DNA of 63,058 nt, filler included. It is 9 parts of 9 records of this genome, joined end to end, with 100 filler letters (N's around TTAATTAATTAA, not from the genome) between each part and the next. Parts side by side here need not be neighbours in the genome. Positions count along the whole stretch, not along the records: positions 5,742 to 12,774 come from SRR31147125_10724; positions 12,875 to 18,816 come from SRR31147125_10729; positions 18,917 to 24,503 come from SRR31147125_10745; 6 more parts are not named here. One strand, 5' to 3'. Below are positions 11,521 to 19,937 of this stretch, in pieces; position 1 is the stretch's first letter, and every line of letters begins with the position of its first letter. A program made the position numbers and the translations under genes. Below the pieces are notes generated by a model that did not search any database, was not told the origin of the DNA, and was given only the letters and a program-made list of their open reading frames with translations.

Positions 11521-11561
11521 AAAAAAGAATCAGAAGCTATATTTTAGCCTCTGATTCTTTT
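11521..11561. terminator. Bidirectional terminator
   Basis: AAAAGAATCAGA...TCTGATTCTTTT between convergent genes. Confidence 0.7.
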
Positions 11562-11564
11562 ATA

Positions 11565-12350
11565 TTACTTATCTAATTCATTTAACATCTCTTTAGTTTC
11601 AACAGCCTTATATGGTATGGTTTGTTTTTTCCCCATAACAATAGCATTTTTAGGACAGAATCCAACGCATCTATGGCACAGTATACATTTATTTTCAGCC
11701 ACAGGTACCCCATCTCCTTTTAGATTTCCTACAGGACAGAGTTTAACACACAATCCACACTCTATACATTTATCCTCTTTAATATTTACCGGCATTAGTT
11801 TTCTTAGCATGTTTTCGATAAATTTAGATTTTGATATACTTGCCATTAAATCTGAGTATACGGGTATATCCTTCCAAGTCTTTTTTTCTAATGTTATCTC
11901 TTCACAAAATACATTAACTTTCTCTTTTGACTTAGTAATTATATCTCTATCTGCAGAACTTGCTTTGGCTTTTCTATTAAAATTTAAGGGCATAATAAAC
12001 TCTTTTGCTACCAATGCTTTATAACCCTTTCTCTCTATAATCTTCTTAACAGGTCCTAAGAGCCCACCAGAATATCCTGCCAAACTATCTGCAAAAAATA
12101 CACTATTTCCATTTGAATTAGGTAATTTTTTGATAAATTCCCAAACTAATCTATAAGTTCCCTGCATTGCCACAGTTGTTATAATACCTATAATGGTGTC
12201 ACTATCTACAACTATTTTCTCAGGATTAGTTTTCTCAATGGGAAAGAGATTTACTTCGTGTCCTCTATTTCGAAGATTACCTGCGATCTCTTTTGTTAAT
12301 AACAACGAGTTTCCCGTTCCTGAGAACCAAAATATATTAATTTTCTTCAC
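11565..12350 (-). CDS. EFR1-type flavodoxin-ferredoxin fusion
   Basis: FSGTGNS flavodoxin motif; two CxxCxxCxxxCP clusters. Confidence 0.9.
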   Translation of the reverse strand: MKKINIFWFSGTGNSLLLTKEIAGNLRNRGHEVNLFPIEKTNPEKIVVDSDTIIGIITTVAMQGTYRLVWEFIKKLPNSNGNSVFFADSLAGYSGGLLGPVKKIIERKGYKALVAKEFIMPLNFNRKAKASSADRDIITKSKEKVNVFCEEITLEKKTWKDIPVYSDLMASISKSKFIENMLRKLMPVNIKEDKCIECGLCVKLCPVGNLKGDGVPVAENKCILCHRCVGFCPKNAIVMGKKQTIPYKAVETKEMLNELDK

Positions 12351-12384
12351 TATTTATCACTCCTTTCTCTATTCTTATATATAT

Positions 12385-12413
12385 ACTATACCGCAGACCA
12401 GTCGGTCTGTCAA
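12385..12413 (-). promoter_or_regulatory. Sigma70 promoter with TetR-like operator
   Basis: TTGACA-N17-TATAGT with palindrome CAGACC-N4-GGTCTG (12394-12409). Confidence 0.7.
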
Positions 12414-12472
12414 GACTAAAAAATAAAAATCCTGATTAAAGTCAAACTACTTTCAAACAGGATTTTACTAAA

Positions 12473-12774
12473 TTATCTAAATACAGGTTGGCCATTTCGA
12501 AATAAAAAGTCCTCTATTTTTACCTCTCTATATCTTGTCATATCTATAAAATTCCCTTGGGCTTTCATAACCAAAGGCTTCATTATTTCACTTATATTTA
12601 ATCTAACTATTTTAGCAGTACTTCCATCATTTAATACTACATTTGCACCAATATAACTCTCTAGGAATTTCTTAGTAAGCAGTCTAATAATTTTGGGATC
12701 AAGTGTTCCAAAAGCTTGCTCTTCAAATAACTCAAGTACTTTGAAAATTGATATTTTTTTCTTGTACACTCTCT
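12473..12774 (-). CDS. C-terminal fragment of an HD-GYP domain protein
   Basis: RVYKKK...FGTLDPKII...YIGANVVLNDGSTAKIV tail typical of HD-GYP proteins; 5' truncated. Confidence 0.65.
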
Positions 12775-12874
12775 NNNNNNNNNNNNNNNNNNNNNNNNNN
12801 NNNNNNNNNNNNNNNNNNTTAATTAATTAANNNNNNNNNNNNNNNNNNNNNNNNNNNNNNNNNNNNNNNNNNNN
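12775..12874. other. Artificial contig linker
   Basis: N-run + TTAATTAATTAA + N-run. Confidence 0.98.
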
Positions 12875-13639
12875 GGAAAAACGAATCTGAATACATTGTT
12901 CGGGCTGTTGAACGACGGTTGCATCCAAAATTTTAAATGAATTCAGCGATGGCACTTCCAACTCTTTGCTTCCTTTCACATCAACATCAAACGATTTTCC
13001 ATCCCATTTAACCTGCACTTTTCCGGCTTCATCCTGTTTACGAGCTATACTGTCGACGGTAAAAAAATGTTTACGCCCATCGTTATCATGGTTCCACGAA
13101 ACCGGCAATTCTGTTCCTTCGTAATTTGCTAAAAGAACTTTTTCGACAGATTCGGCTTCGGCAACATCGGCAGTTAAAATATAACCGCTCAATTGCATTT
13201 GTTTCGATTGAATGCCCTCGTAATTTTTTAATCCTTCAACCGTTACCGAAAATGTTTGCTGCACCGTTGAAAACTCAAAGGGCATTTCAGCCAGTTTATT
13301 ATCCACCTGAAGTACTTTCCCAAGCTCAAATTCGGCTTTGTAAGTAATTCCCGATTTCATTGGTTCCGAAGGCCGGAATTCAAAAATGCGGTCGCCTACC
13401 AAAATGGTTTTCCCTTTTATTTCCGGCGTAAAACGAAACAAATTTTCAACTTCCGGTTTTCCATCCACCGACTGAGTAAGATACACAGAAACTGTTGCCC
13501 GATTGGAAATCATTCCGCTGGTAAATGCCTGCACGTAATTGCTAAAAGCAACATCGGTTTGTACTGCTTTCTTTTCATCATTTTTGCAGGAAATAATTGT
13601 AAACAATAGAACAATTAGTGGGAGGATAAACTTTTTCAT
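12875..13639 (-). CDS. Lipoprotein, N-terminus of a bacterial alpha-2-macroglobulin-like protein (truncated)
   Basis: Lipobox IISC; YVQAFTSGMIS, FTPEIKG, GYILTAD pattern recalled from Bacteroidetes A2M. Confidence 0.7.
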
Positions 13640-13874
13640 TTTTATTATATTGTATCGATTTTGTAAGCTCAGTAAAATTAAATAAATAGACCACAAAAAA
13701 CATTCTTTAAATAAATTATGTTTGATAATTTTATAAACTGGTTTCCAACTATAAAATTTATAATGAAAAGATTCTTTCGCTACATTTTATTATTAGAATG
13801 AGTCGCTATTTGCAAAATGTTTGAGAGAAAAGACAAAATACCAGTTTTAAAAATTCATCTCTCAATGAAGTGAA

Positions 13875-14072
13875 GTGTTTCAGCCTTTCAGGCTGTTGAA
13901 TTAGGACATTGACTATTGACCCAATGCGATGCATTGGGCTTTGATGTGAAAGGCTTTCAGCCTTTTTTGAATACAGCTTCCTAAAGGCTGAAAGCCTTAT
14001 ACAACAAAATCCGGGGCAACGCCCCGGGCACAAATGAACGAAGTGAACAATCAGGCTGAAAGTCTGACACAC
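13875..14072. repeat. REP/REPIN-like inverted doublet of multi-hairpin units
   Basis: Two ~90-nt units in inverted orientation with AGGCT-GAA-AGCCT hairpins and central hairpins CCCAATGC/GCATTGGG and CCGGGGC/GCCCCGG. Confidence 0.75.
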
Positions 14073-14124
14073 ACCAATAATAATGAATTGAATTAACGAA
14101 AAACAAACGTAACTAATATCAACC

Positions 14125-14721
14125 ATGAAAAAAATACTAATTATCTTCGCCCACCCGGCCTACCACAAATCGCGCATAAACAAGGCGCTTATTGGTGCTA
14201 TTGAAAATATTGAAGGTGTTACTATTAATAATTTATACGAAAAATACCCCGATTTTTTTATCGATGTACCGGCAGAACAAAAGCTGCTGGTTGAGCACGA
14301 TATTATTATTTGGCATCATCCGTTTTACTGGTACAGCGCGCCGGCAATTATAAAAGAATGGATGGATTTGGTATTGCAACATGGTTTTGCATTTGGAAAA
14401 AATGGGAAAGCACTGGAGGGCAAGTGGGTCATGTCGGCTATTTCCACCGGGGGAAGCAAAGACGTTTATTCAGAATCGGGCAGCAATCAATTTACCATTA
14501 ACCAGTTTTTGGCGCCGTTTAACCAGGCTGCAAATTTGTGCAAAATGAGATACCTGCCTCCCTTTGTGGTGCATGGTTCGCACACGCTTTCGGATAACAA
14601 TTTGAATAAACACGCTGAAGATTACCGGAAATTAATACAGGCACTTCGCAATAAAACATTCGACACGAAAAAAGTAAAAAATACTGATTATATCAACTAT
14701 ATAATTCCTGAAAATGCATAA
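14125..14721 (+). CDS. kefG: KefF/KefG-like NAD(P)H oxidoreductase (flavodoxin-2 fold)
   Basis: IIFAHP, HPFYWYSAPAIIKEWMDLV; overlaps the kef antiporter start. Confidence 0.85.
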   Translation: MKKILIIFAHPAYHKSRINKALIGAIENIEGVTINNLYEKYPDFFIDVPAEQKLLVEHDIIIWHHPFYWYSAPAIIKEWMDLVLQHGFAFGKNGKALEGKWVMSAISTGGSKDVYSESGSNQFTINQFLAPFNQAANLCKMRYLPPFVVHGSHTLSDNNLNKHAEDYRKLIQALRNKTFDTKKVKNTDYINYIIPENA

Positions 14722-16609
14722 CCACGATTTCTTTTTAAGCGCTTTAATTTACCTCGGAGCTGCCGTTATTTCGGTTCCCATCGCTAAAAAGCTGGGACTT
14801 GGTTCGGTGCTGGGTTACCTGCTGGCCGGAATTATTATCGGGCCTTTTGTTTTTGGCTTGGTAGGTACCGAAGCGGGCGAAGTAATGCACTTTGCCGAGT
14901 TTGGTGTTGTGCTTATGCTTTTTATTATCGGACTTGAACTTGAACCGCATTTGCTATGGAAAATGCGGCGCTCTATTTTCGGGCTGGGAGGACTGCAAGT
15001 ATTAATAACAGCCGGAGTAATTACAGGCGTGGCTCTGGTTTTTAATTTCCAGGTGAACCGCGCCATTGCCATTGGTTTAATATTGGCTTTGTCGTCGACC
15101 GCGATTGTTCTGCAAACCTTATCGGAAAAAGGCTTAATGCGAAATACTGCCGGGCGCTCAGCGTTTTCGGTTCTACTCTTTCAAGATATGGCGGTAATTC
15201 CAATTCTGGCACTGCTTCCGTTAATTGCGACACTGGGAGCACCGGCCGACCTTTCTGAAACAGCTTTGGGAGACATTGACGGAGTAGCCCAAATGCCGGG
15301 TTGGTTACAACTACTTATTATTATAGGAGTAATTACTGCAATGGTTATTATCGGGCGTTTTGTTGCGCGCCATGTTTTCAGGTTGATTGCAGAAACCGGT
15401 TTGCACGAGGTATTTGTTGCACTGGCTTTATTAATGGTAATCGGCATTGCACTGGGAATGGATGCAATCGGGCTTTCTCCTGCGCTGGGTACTTTTATTG
15501 CCGGTGTGGTTTTGGCCGACAGTGAATATCGTCACGAACTGGAAACCACCATCGATCCATTTAAAGGATTACTACTCGGATTGTTCTTTATTTCGGTGGG
15601 TGCCAGTATTAATTTCCAATTACTTATTGAAAGTCCGGGACAAATTATAGCATTTGTTTTGCTGCTTATCCTTATAAAATTCAGTGTTCTGCTATTTTTA
15701 GGCAGAATGTTTAAGTTGAAAAAAGGCTACGAATTTCTGTTTGCTTTTTTACTTTCACAAGCCAGCGAATTTGCCTTTGTACTAATTTCCTTTTCGAAAC
15801 AAAACAAACTCTTCGATGAACAAACTGCCGGAATGATGTTATTGGTTGTTACACTATCGATGGCTATTTCTCCTCTACTTCTAATTTTTAATGATAAAGC
15901 GGTTAGCCCAATTTTGGCACGCTGGCAAAACAAACTGGAATACGATGAAATTGAAGACGAAGAAAATCCGGTAATACTTGCCGGTTTCGGGCGTTTTGGG
16001 TTGGCAATTGGGCGAATTTTGTTGGCGAATGGTTTTAAAGTCACAATTCTCGATAATAATCCGAGCAACGTTGAAACACTTCGTAAATATGGATTCAAAC
16101 TATATTTTGGCGATGTAACCCGGCCAACCTTGTTAGAAAAAGCAGGAATTAAAAATGCCCGTTTATTGATTTTAAGTATGGCCGAACACGACGAAGCATT
16201 GAAAGTTGCTAAATACGTTCGCGAAAAATATCCGAAAGTAAAAATACTTGCACGCGCCAAAGATCTTTTCCATGTATTCGAATATTTTGGAATTAACGTA
16301 AAAACCGCACAACGCGAAATGTTTGATTCTGCAACAGAATTAGGAACAAAAGCTTTGGAACATCTCGGCTTTACAAAATACGAAGCTTACCGGGCCACCC
16401 GAACTTTTAAACATCACGAAGAGCAGGTAATGGAAGAACTGTACCAACACTGGCTAGAAGACCATCACCAGTTTATTCAGGAAACACGTCGCTTTTCGGA
16501 GCAGGTTTTGGAAACTTTACAGACCGAAAAAGATTATTCTATTCATGAAACCGATTGTGCCTGGGATGTAGATTCGCGAAAGGATGAAGCGCGGGAGAAT
16601 TCGGACTAA
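14714..16609 (+). CDS. kefC: CPA2 K+/H+ antiporter KefB/KefC with KTN domain
   Basis: LGLGSVLGYLLAG, AEFGVVLMLF, LSSTAIV, FQD, GFGRFG, YFGDVTR. Confidence 0.92.
   Translation: MHNHDFFLSALIYLGAAVISVPIAKKLGLGSVLGYLLAGIIIGPFVFGLVGTEAGEVMHFAEFGVVLMLFIIGLELEPHLLWKMRRSIFGLGGLQVLITAGVITGVALVFNFQVNRAIAIGLILALSSTAIVLQTLSEKGLMRNTAGRSAFSVLLFQDMAVIPILALLPLIATLGAPADLSETALGDIDGVAQMPGWLQLLIIIGVITAMVIIGRFVARHVFRLIAETGLHEVFVALALLMVIGIALGMDAIGLSPALGTFIAGVVLADSEYRHELETTIDPFKGLLLGLFFISVGASINFQLLIESPGQIIAFVLLLILIKFSVLLFLGRMFKLKKGYEFLFAFLLSQASEFAFVLISFSKQNKLFDEQTAGMMLLVVTLSMAISPLLLIFNDKAVSPILARWQNKLEYDEIEDEENPVILAGFGRFGLAIGRILLANGFKVTILDNNPSNVETLRKYGFKLYFGDVTRPTLLEKAGIKNARLLILSMAEHDEALKVAKYVREKYPKVKILARAKDLFHVFEYFGINVKTAQREMFDSATELGTKALEHLGFTKYEAYRATRTFKHHEEQVMEELYQHWLEDHHQFIQETRRFSEQVLETLQTEKDYSIHETDCAWDVDSRKDEARENSD
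16440..16582 (+). repeat. Direct repeat copy 1 (kefC 3' end)
   Basis: 143-nt ungapped match to 17952-18094, about 26 mismatches by hand count. Confidence 0.9.
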
Positions 16610-16709
16610 TAAAACTCAAATTCAGTTTAAGTTGAATTTAATTGTTGTATTAATATTACATCCTTATATTTGGGTGAAAATAAAAAAGATATACATTTGG
16701 ACCCTCTAT

Positions 16710-17117
16710 ATGAGCAAAATTAGAGAAAAATCTGATTTTAATATTGACGCGGCAGAACGATTACTTAAAGATTCTCTTTACGCACCAAGTGTACACTGTT
16801 CTTATTATAGTTGTTTTCAATTATTAAAATTTACAATAAAAGATTTTTTTAATATTGATTATGATACTCAAGCTATAAATATTTCTCAGAGTGGACAAAA
16901 AACTCATCAATATGTTGTAAATTATGTCACAGACGAATTAAGACATCTGGCAAATATTAGAGATTCAAGAAACTTAAAAAGAACAATTAAGGACTTAAAG
17001 CAATTTCGAATTGAATCTGATTATGAAAATATCGAAATAGATTCAGGAAAAGGAAATAAAGCATTTTATAAAGCTACAGAAATTAGAAGTTACTTAATTA
17101 AAAACTTCAAGGTATGA
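16710..17117 (+). CDS. HEPN domain protein (UPF0332-like), putative RNase toxin
   Basis: AAERLL...SVHCSYYSCFQ, KTHQ and R-IES-DY motifs; likely start ATG 16710. Confidence 0.8.
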   Translation: MSKIREKSDFNIDAAERLLKDSLYAPSVHCSYYSCFQLLKFTIKDFFNIDYDTQAINISQSGQKTHQYVVNYVTDELRHLANIRDSRNLKRTIKDLKQFRIESDYENIEIDSGKGNKAFYKATEIRSYLIKNFKV

Positions 17118-17491
17118 AATCAAAAGAGTTTTTAATAGAAAAACTAAAAGACTTGTCTTCATTATTTGAAGATATTAAAATAAGGTACGAATACCGCAAA
17201 AATACAAATAGTCATATTATTGAGATTATCCCATTAGCTGAATTTAACAGCAATGAAGCATACATGTTGGCAGAAGCAGACCTGGAGGATAACTTTGAAA
17301 ATCTCTTCCCGCAAGAAGATATTGTATTTATCTCTGAAGACTCTCTAACTGAAATCAAAAATCCTATTTTACAATTAGGGTATGAACCAATTACATACAA
17401 TAATCCAGTCTCCTGTCCAGAGTTTATTGTTGAAGGATATTCTGATGAAGTTGATTCTGCAGGTTGTGAATTTTATGCATTAGCCGCTTAA
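17114..17491 (+). CDS. Small acidic protein with SsrA-like C-terminal tail, putative antitoxin
   Basis: ATGA overlap with the HEPN gene; ends AGCEFYALAA*. Confidence 0.7.
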   Translation: MKSKEFLIEKLKDLSSLFEDIKIRYEYRKNTNSHIIEIIPLAEFNSNEAYMLAEADLEDNFENLFPQEDIVFISEDSLTEIKNPILQLGYEPITYNNPVSCPEFIVEGYSDEVDSAGCEFYALAA

Positions 17492-17494
17492 AAT

Positions 17495-17904
17495 ATGAAA
17501 GATTCGATATTTCAATTCAAAGGTTTTACAATCATTCGCTCTTTAATTGAGAGAAATGAGAAAGAATCATCAAAAAAATTTCCTTGGGATTTTCGCCTAA
17601 GGGATTCATCAATAAGAATGATTCAAACTTTCAGTTACATCTTGGAGTTAAAATTGAAGATGAAAACAAATCATTCAATATTGAAATCGATGCTGTTGCA
17701 AATTACACTTTCAAAAATAAAGAAGGCCTCGACAGTCTCAACAAATATTTTTATATAAATGCTCCTGCATTATTATTCCCGTACATTCGTGCATACATAT
17801 CAACACTAACCAACCTGTCAGGTTTTGAGCCAATCAACCTTCCTACTTTAAACATGACAAAATTAGGAGAGGATTTACAAAAAAACACATCTGAAATATC
17901 ATAA
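17495..17904 (+). CDS. SecB-like chaperone (-1 frameshift at A7 17572-17578)
   Basis: NAPALLFPYIRAYISTLT...PINLPTLNM SecB-like signature; N-terminus in the 17495 frame. Confidence 0.85.
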
Positions 17905-17951
17905 AATTTTCTTTTTCGCTCAACCGTTCACTTACACCCATTCGAAAAAAT

Positions 17952-18094
17952 TGTACCAGCACTGGCTAGAAGACCACCACCAGTTTATACAGAAAACGCG
18001 CCGTTTCTGTGATCAAATTTTATAAAAATTACAGGCTGAAAAAGATTATTCAATTCATGAGATGGATTGTGCCTGGGATGTAGATTCAAGAAAA
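17952..18094 (+). pseudogene. Degenerate second copy of the kefC 3' end
   Basis: Translates YQHWLEDHHQFIQKTRRFCDQIL*KLQAEKDYSIHEMDCAWDVDSRK versus kefC YQHWLEDHHQFIQETRRFSEQVLETLQTEKDYSIHETDCAWDVDSRK. Confidence 0.88.
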
Positions 18095-18399
18095 AAACAA
18101 ACTTAATCTGAACGATTTCTTACTTTGCTGTTTTTGTCAACATTTCAGTCTTCATTATTACAATTTTCTCATCATTCTTTATTGAAATAACAAAAAGCTA
18201 CTATTTCAACACTCTATCTAAAACTTTGAATACGGCTCCTTTTTCAATAAACTAAATTAGCCCTTTCGAACCAAAAATTGAAATCTTCAATAAACTAAAT
18301 TAGACCATTTCTAAATAGACCAGATTTCACATTTTTTGGATTTTTGTCATTTGGAGATTCAAAGAATTATATAGTTTTGCAATCTCTAAATAGCAAAAA

Positions 18400-18816
18400 T
18401 TAGAAACTACGGATTCAATAATTCGACATATAGGATTTGTTAAAGAGGTAAAAGACCAATCGCTAATCGTATCAGTCATTAGTCAATCGGCCTGCGCCGG
18501 CTGCCATGCCAAAGGAGCATGTTCTGTAGCCGACCTCAAAGAAAAAGAAATAGAAGTAACCGAATTCAAAGGCAACTACAAAATTGGTCAACAGGTTACC
18601 ATACTTTTCAAACAAACCAAAGGATTTACAGCGTTAATTTGGGGCTACGTAGCTCCATTCTTTCTTGTTTTGGGCACCTTAATAGCTGCCTTAGAAATTA
18701 CCGGCGACGAATTGCAGGCCGGAATCCTGTCATTAATCATACTGATTCCATATTATATAACATTATATTTTTTTCGGCAACGTTTAAAAAAAGTGCTGAA
18801 ATTCGAACTCGAAGAA
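18400..18816 (+). CDS. RseC/MucC family (SoxR-reducing system) protein, start uncertain, truncated
   Basis: Hand translation IRHIGFVKEV...SQSACAGCHAKGACSVAD...ALIWGYVAPF; frame open from the stop at 18391-18393. Confidence 0.8.
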
Positions 18817-18916
18817 NNNNNNNNNNNNNNNNNNNNNNNNNNNNNNNNNNNNNNNNNNNNTTAATTAATTAANNNNNNNNNNNNNNNNNNNNNNNNNNNN
18901 NNNNNNNNNNNNNNNN
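18817..18916. other. Artificial contig linker
   Basis: N-run + TTAATTAATTAA + N-run. Confidence 0.98.
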
Positions 18917-19906
18917 TCCGTTTGTACCTTCACTTACAAAAACTTTAATGCGTTCTACATTCTCTTTATTAGTAATCTTCCCCGGATATTTTTCTAAATA
19001 ATACGCCAACCGTTTTTCGGAATGTTTATTACTGAAAAAGCCCACATTATCAAATTTATCCATGTGAGCAAAAAAGGCATCTTCAAGCACATTCGGAAAA
19101 GATGCTCCTCCAATTGCTCTGTTTTCAGCTCCTTTACGAACTCTGTAGTTTTCTTCAACAAAAGGGATAATATCCTTTACCAACGATTCTGCAAAAAGGT
19201 TGCTGTTATTCTGCCTGTTATTATAATCTACTTTTCCATTTACCTGTGTCCAAATAGTTGGCATTACAACAATCATTGGTTTTGCTTTGCCACTGGCAAT
19301 CAGGTTATCCATAAGAATATGAGCTTTCCCCATTGTAACCCAGGAATCTACTCCGGCTCTTCCTTCGTGGGTCAGATAAAACACCTCATAATCATCCGCA
19401 TTTGAATCATAGCCCGGAGGTAAATAAACATACATTTGTTTCTCCGAATTAACTACTGAAGCTTTGTAATAAACTAGACGAAGGTCGCCGTGCGGAACAT
19501 TTTGCTCCATCATAAAATCGGTTTCCGCTCCGGGTACCAGAAACATATTTTCAACAACATTCCCGGTTCTTACCCAACCATTATCCTGGTCAAGAATGCG
19601 AATATTATCAACCATAAAACTATAAGAATAGATATCGGGAGTTAATGAGCCAAGAGTAAGTAACCACATTCCCTGCGCATCTTTTTTCATTGGCTCGGCA
19701 TGATGATTTATTGTAAAACAATCGCCTGCCAATGAAACTTCTTTTGCATTTGGAGCTAAAAACCTGAAAGTAACAGAATTATCGTCATGTATTTCAGGAG
19801 AGTTTATTGATTTTTTTTGCTGTCCAATTACAAATCCGAACACAAATATTATTAAAAAACCCGTTAAAATAAATCTTGAAAAAATTGAAAAATATATGGT
19901 TTTCAT
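18917..19906 (-). CDS. CBM48/E-set + alpha/beta-hydrolase esterase (CE1-like), truncated
   Basis: SPEIHDDNSVTFRFLAPNA, VPHG, YLPPGYD, IMDNLIA-type motif, PMIVVMP. Confidence 0.85.
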
Positions 19907-19937
19907 AGAACTGTTGTTAATTTCAAAAAAGTCTTAA

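Noticed and set aside
13806-14126. 106-aa Cys-containing ORF
   Set aside because: It is a translation of the palindromic REP-like element, with no protein-like signal.
16584-16709. N-terminal 42 aa of the track's 177-aa HEPN ORF
   Set aside because: It overlaps the kefC end and AT-rich intergenic DNA containing a TAnnTTTG-like promoter element; ATG 16710 is the more plausible start.
16440-18094. kefC repeat pair as a diversity-generating retroelement TR/VR
   Set aside because: Mismatches involve all four bases and are mostly synonymous, not adenine-specific; no reverse transcriptase is present.
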